Of a stretch of DNA of 64,000 bases, positions 63,084 through 64,000 are shown piece by piece (positions within the stretch are counted from its first letter, which is position 1; the number at the start of each line of letters is the position of its first letter). Both the position numbers and the translations under genes were made by a program. The DNA is from Lytechinus pictus (taxonomy: Eukaryota). The stretch spans positions 22,446,001 to 22,510,000 of the forward strand of contig NC_087252.1 in the NCBI RefSeq assembly GCF_037042905.1, in the 5' to 3' direction. Under the pieces are notes generated by a model. That model worked only from the letters and a program-made list of their open reading frames with translations. It searched no databases and was not told the DNA's origin.

Positions 63084-64000
63084 CACTACTCAAAAAAAGT
63101 TAAGGACCACTTTTTAATGTGTGTATACAATTTTCAAACCGGGTGTTGTATTTCTAGAAATACCCGAATATGGCTGTCTTGAATCTCCTCAAATACCCTG
63201 TAACAATTTCACACATGGGTGGTTTCAGTTGTTGCATGATGTCTCTCGCATTATTGCATATCCTGAAAAGTGGGCCCATTGTGAAGTGGTACAAATGTGG
63301 ATTCAAATGCATTTTCTGTCTTTAGTCTCTACAATCAACAAATTGCTGACAACAGCAATGCCAAGATACAGCTGTCCAGGATGCCATCAAACACAATGAA
63401 ATCAATTTCACACATGCAGTTCTTTCATGTCTCTTGCATCATTGCAATGTGCCCGTACAAAAGTGGCTTCCAAAGCATTTTCTGTCTTTAGTCTCTACAA
63501 TCAACAACTTGCTGACAATAGCAATGCCAAGATACAGCTGTCCAGAATGCCATCAAACACAATGACATCAATTTTACACATGCAGTTCTTTCATGATGTC
63601 TCTGGCATCATTGCAGTGGGCCATAAGACAAGTGTCTTCCAAAGCATTTTCCGTCTTTAGTCTGTACAATCAACAACTTGCCTACAACAGCAATGCCAAG
63701 ACACCACCTAAGTGAAACAGATGTAGCCAGAGCCCTAGGGATGCTGGAAGCTGGCCTCAGTCAGCGAAGAGTAGCCAGAATGATGGGCGTGTCACACAGT
63801 GTCATTAGCAGAGCAAATCAAAGACACCGAGAGACAGGGCTATACTCCGAGAGACCCCGCAGTGGCCGACCAGTTTCGACAACCCCTAGAGATGATCGCT
63901 ACTTGACGAATCTCAGCCTCCGCAACCGCTTTCACAGTGCACGCCGCCTCAACAATGACTTCGCTGCAGCAACTGGAGTGATTGTTTCCACTCAAACAAT
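63084..64000 (+). mobile_element. Tc1-family transposon, 5' part (inside VPS26C intron 4)
   Basis: TA followed by TIR CACTACTCAAAAAAAGTTAAGGACCAC; transposase ORF downstream. Confidence 0.85.
63693..64000 (+). CDS. Tc1 transposase N-terminus (truncated by window end)
   Basis: MPRHHLSETDVARALGMLEAGLSQRRVARMMGVSHSVISRANQRHRETGLYSERPRSGRPVSTTPRDDRYL...VSTQT: paired-like HTH and GRP linker, open frame. Confidence 0.9.
   Translation, partial: MPRHHLSETDVARALGMLEAGLSQRRVARMMGVSHSVISRANQRHRETGLYSERPRSGRPVSTTPRDDRYLTNLSLRNRFHSARRLNNDFAAATGVIVSTQT

Overview
Eukaryotic, intron-rich, AT-rich animal DNA. The domain content (HYR, SEA, C-type lectin, Sulfotransfer_5-like paralogues) and the repeat landscape suggest a sea urchin or other echinoderm; this is an inference. 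Hand-assembled genes: (1) two tandem minus-strand paralogues of a 311-aa P-loop sulfotransferase-like protein (1120-6211, 17659-21121); (2) a 12-exon, 744-aa minus-strand type II membrane protein with SEA, Thr-rich mucin, HYR and C-type lectin domains (26991-40819); (3) two identical tRNA-Gly(CCC) genes; (4) the first four coding exons of VPS26C/DSCR3 (51471-60119, continuing past the window); (5) the 5' part of a Tc1 transposon. The rest is dense with mobile DNA: hAT-like, piggyBac-like, Kolobok-like, CACTA-like and Harbinger-like MITEs, tRNA-derived SINEs, Helentron-type elements, a 2.3-kb non-autonomous Gypsy LTR element and Penelope-type hammerhead relics. Most notable observations: a ~180-bp element with a 7SL (Alu-domain) head, Deu/Nin-like body and (CA)n tail at 23335-23517, a candidate 7SL-derived SINE in an invertebrate; and a ~5-kb foldback transposon inserted between the apparent VPS26C promoter and its start codon. 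All alignments and counts were done by eye, and family comparisons are from memory.
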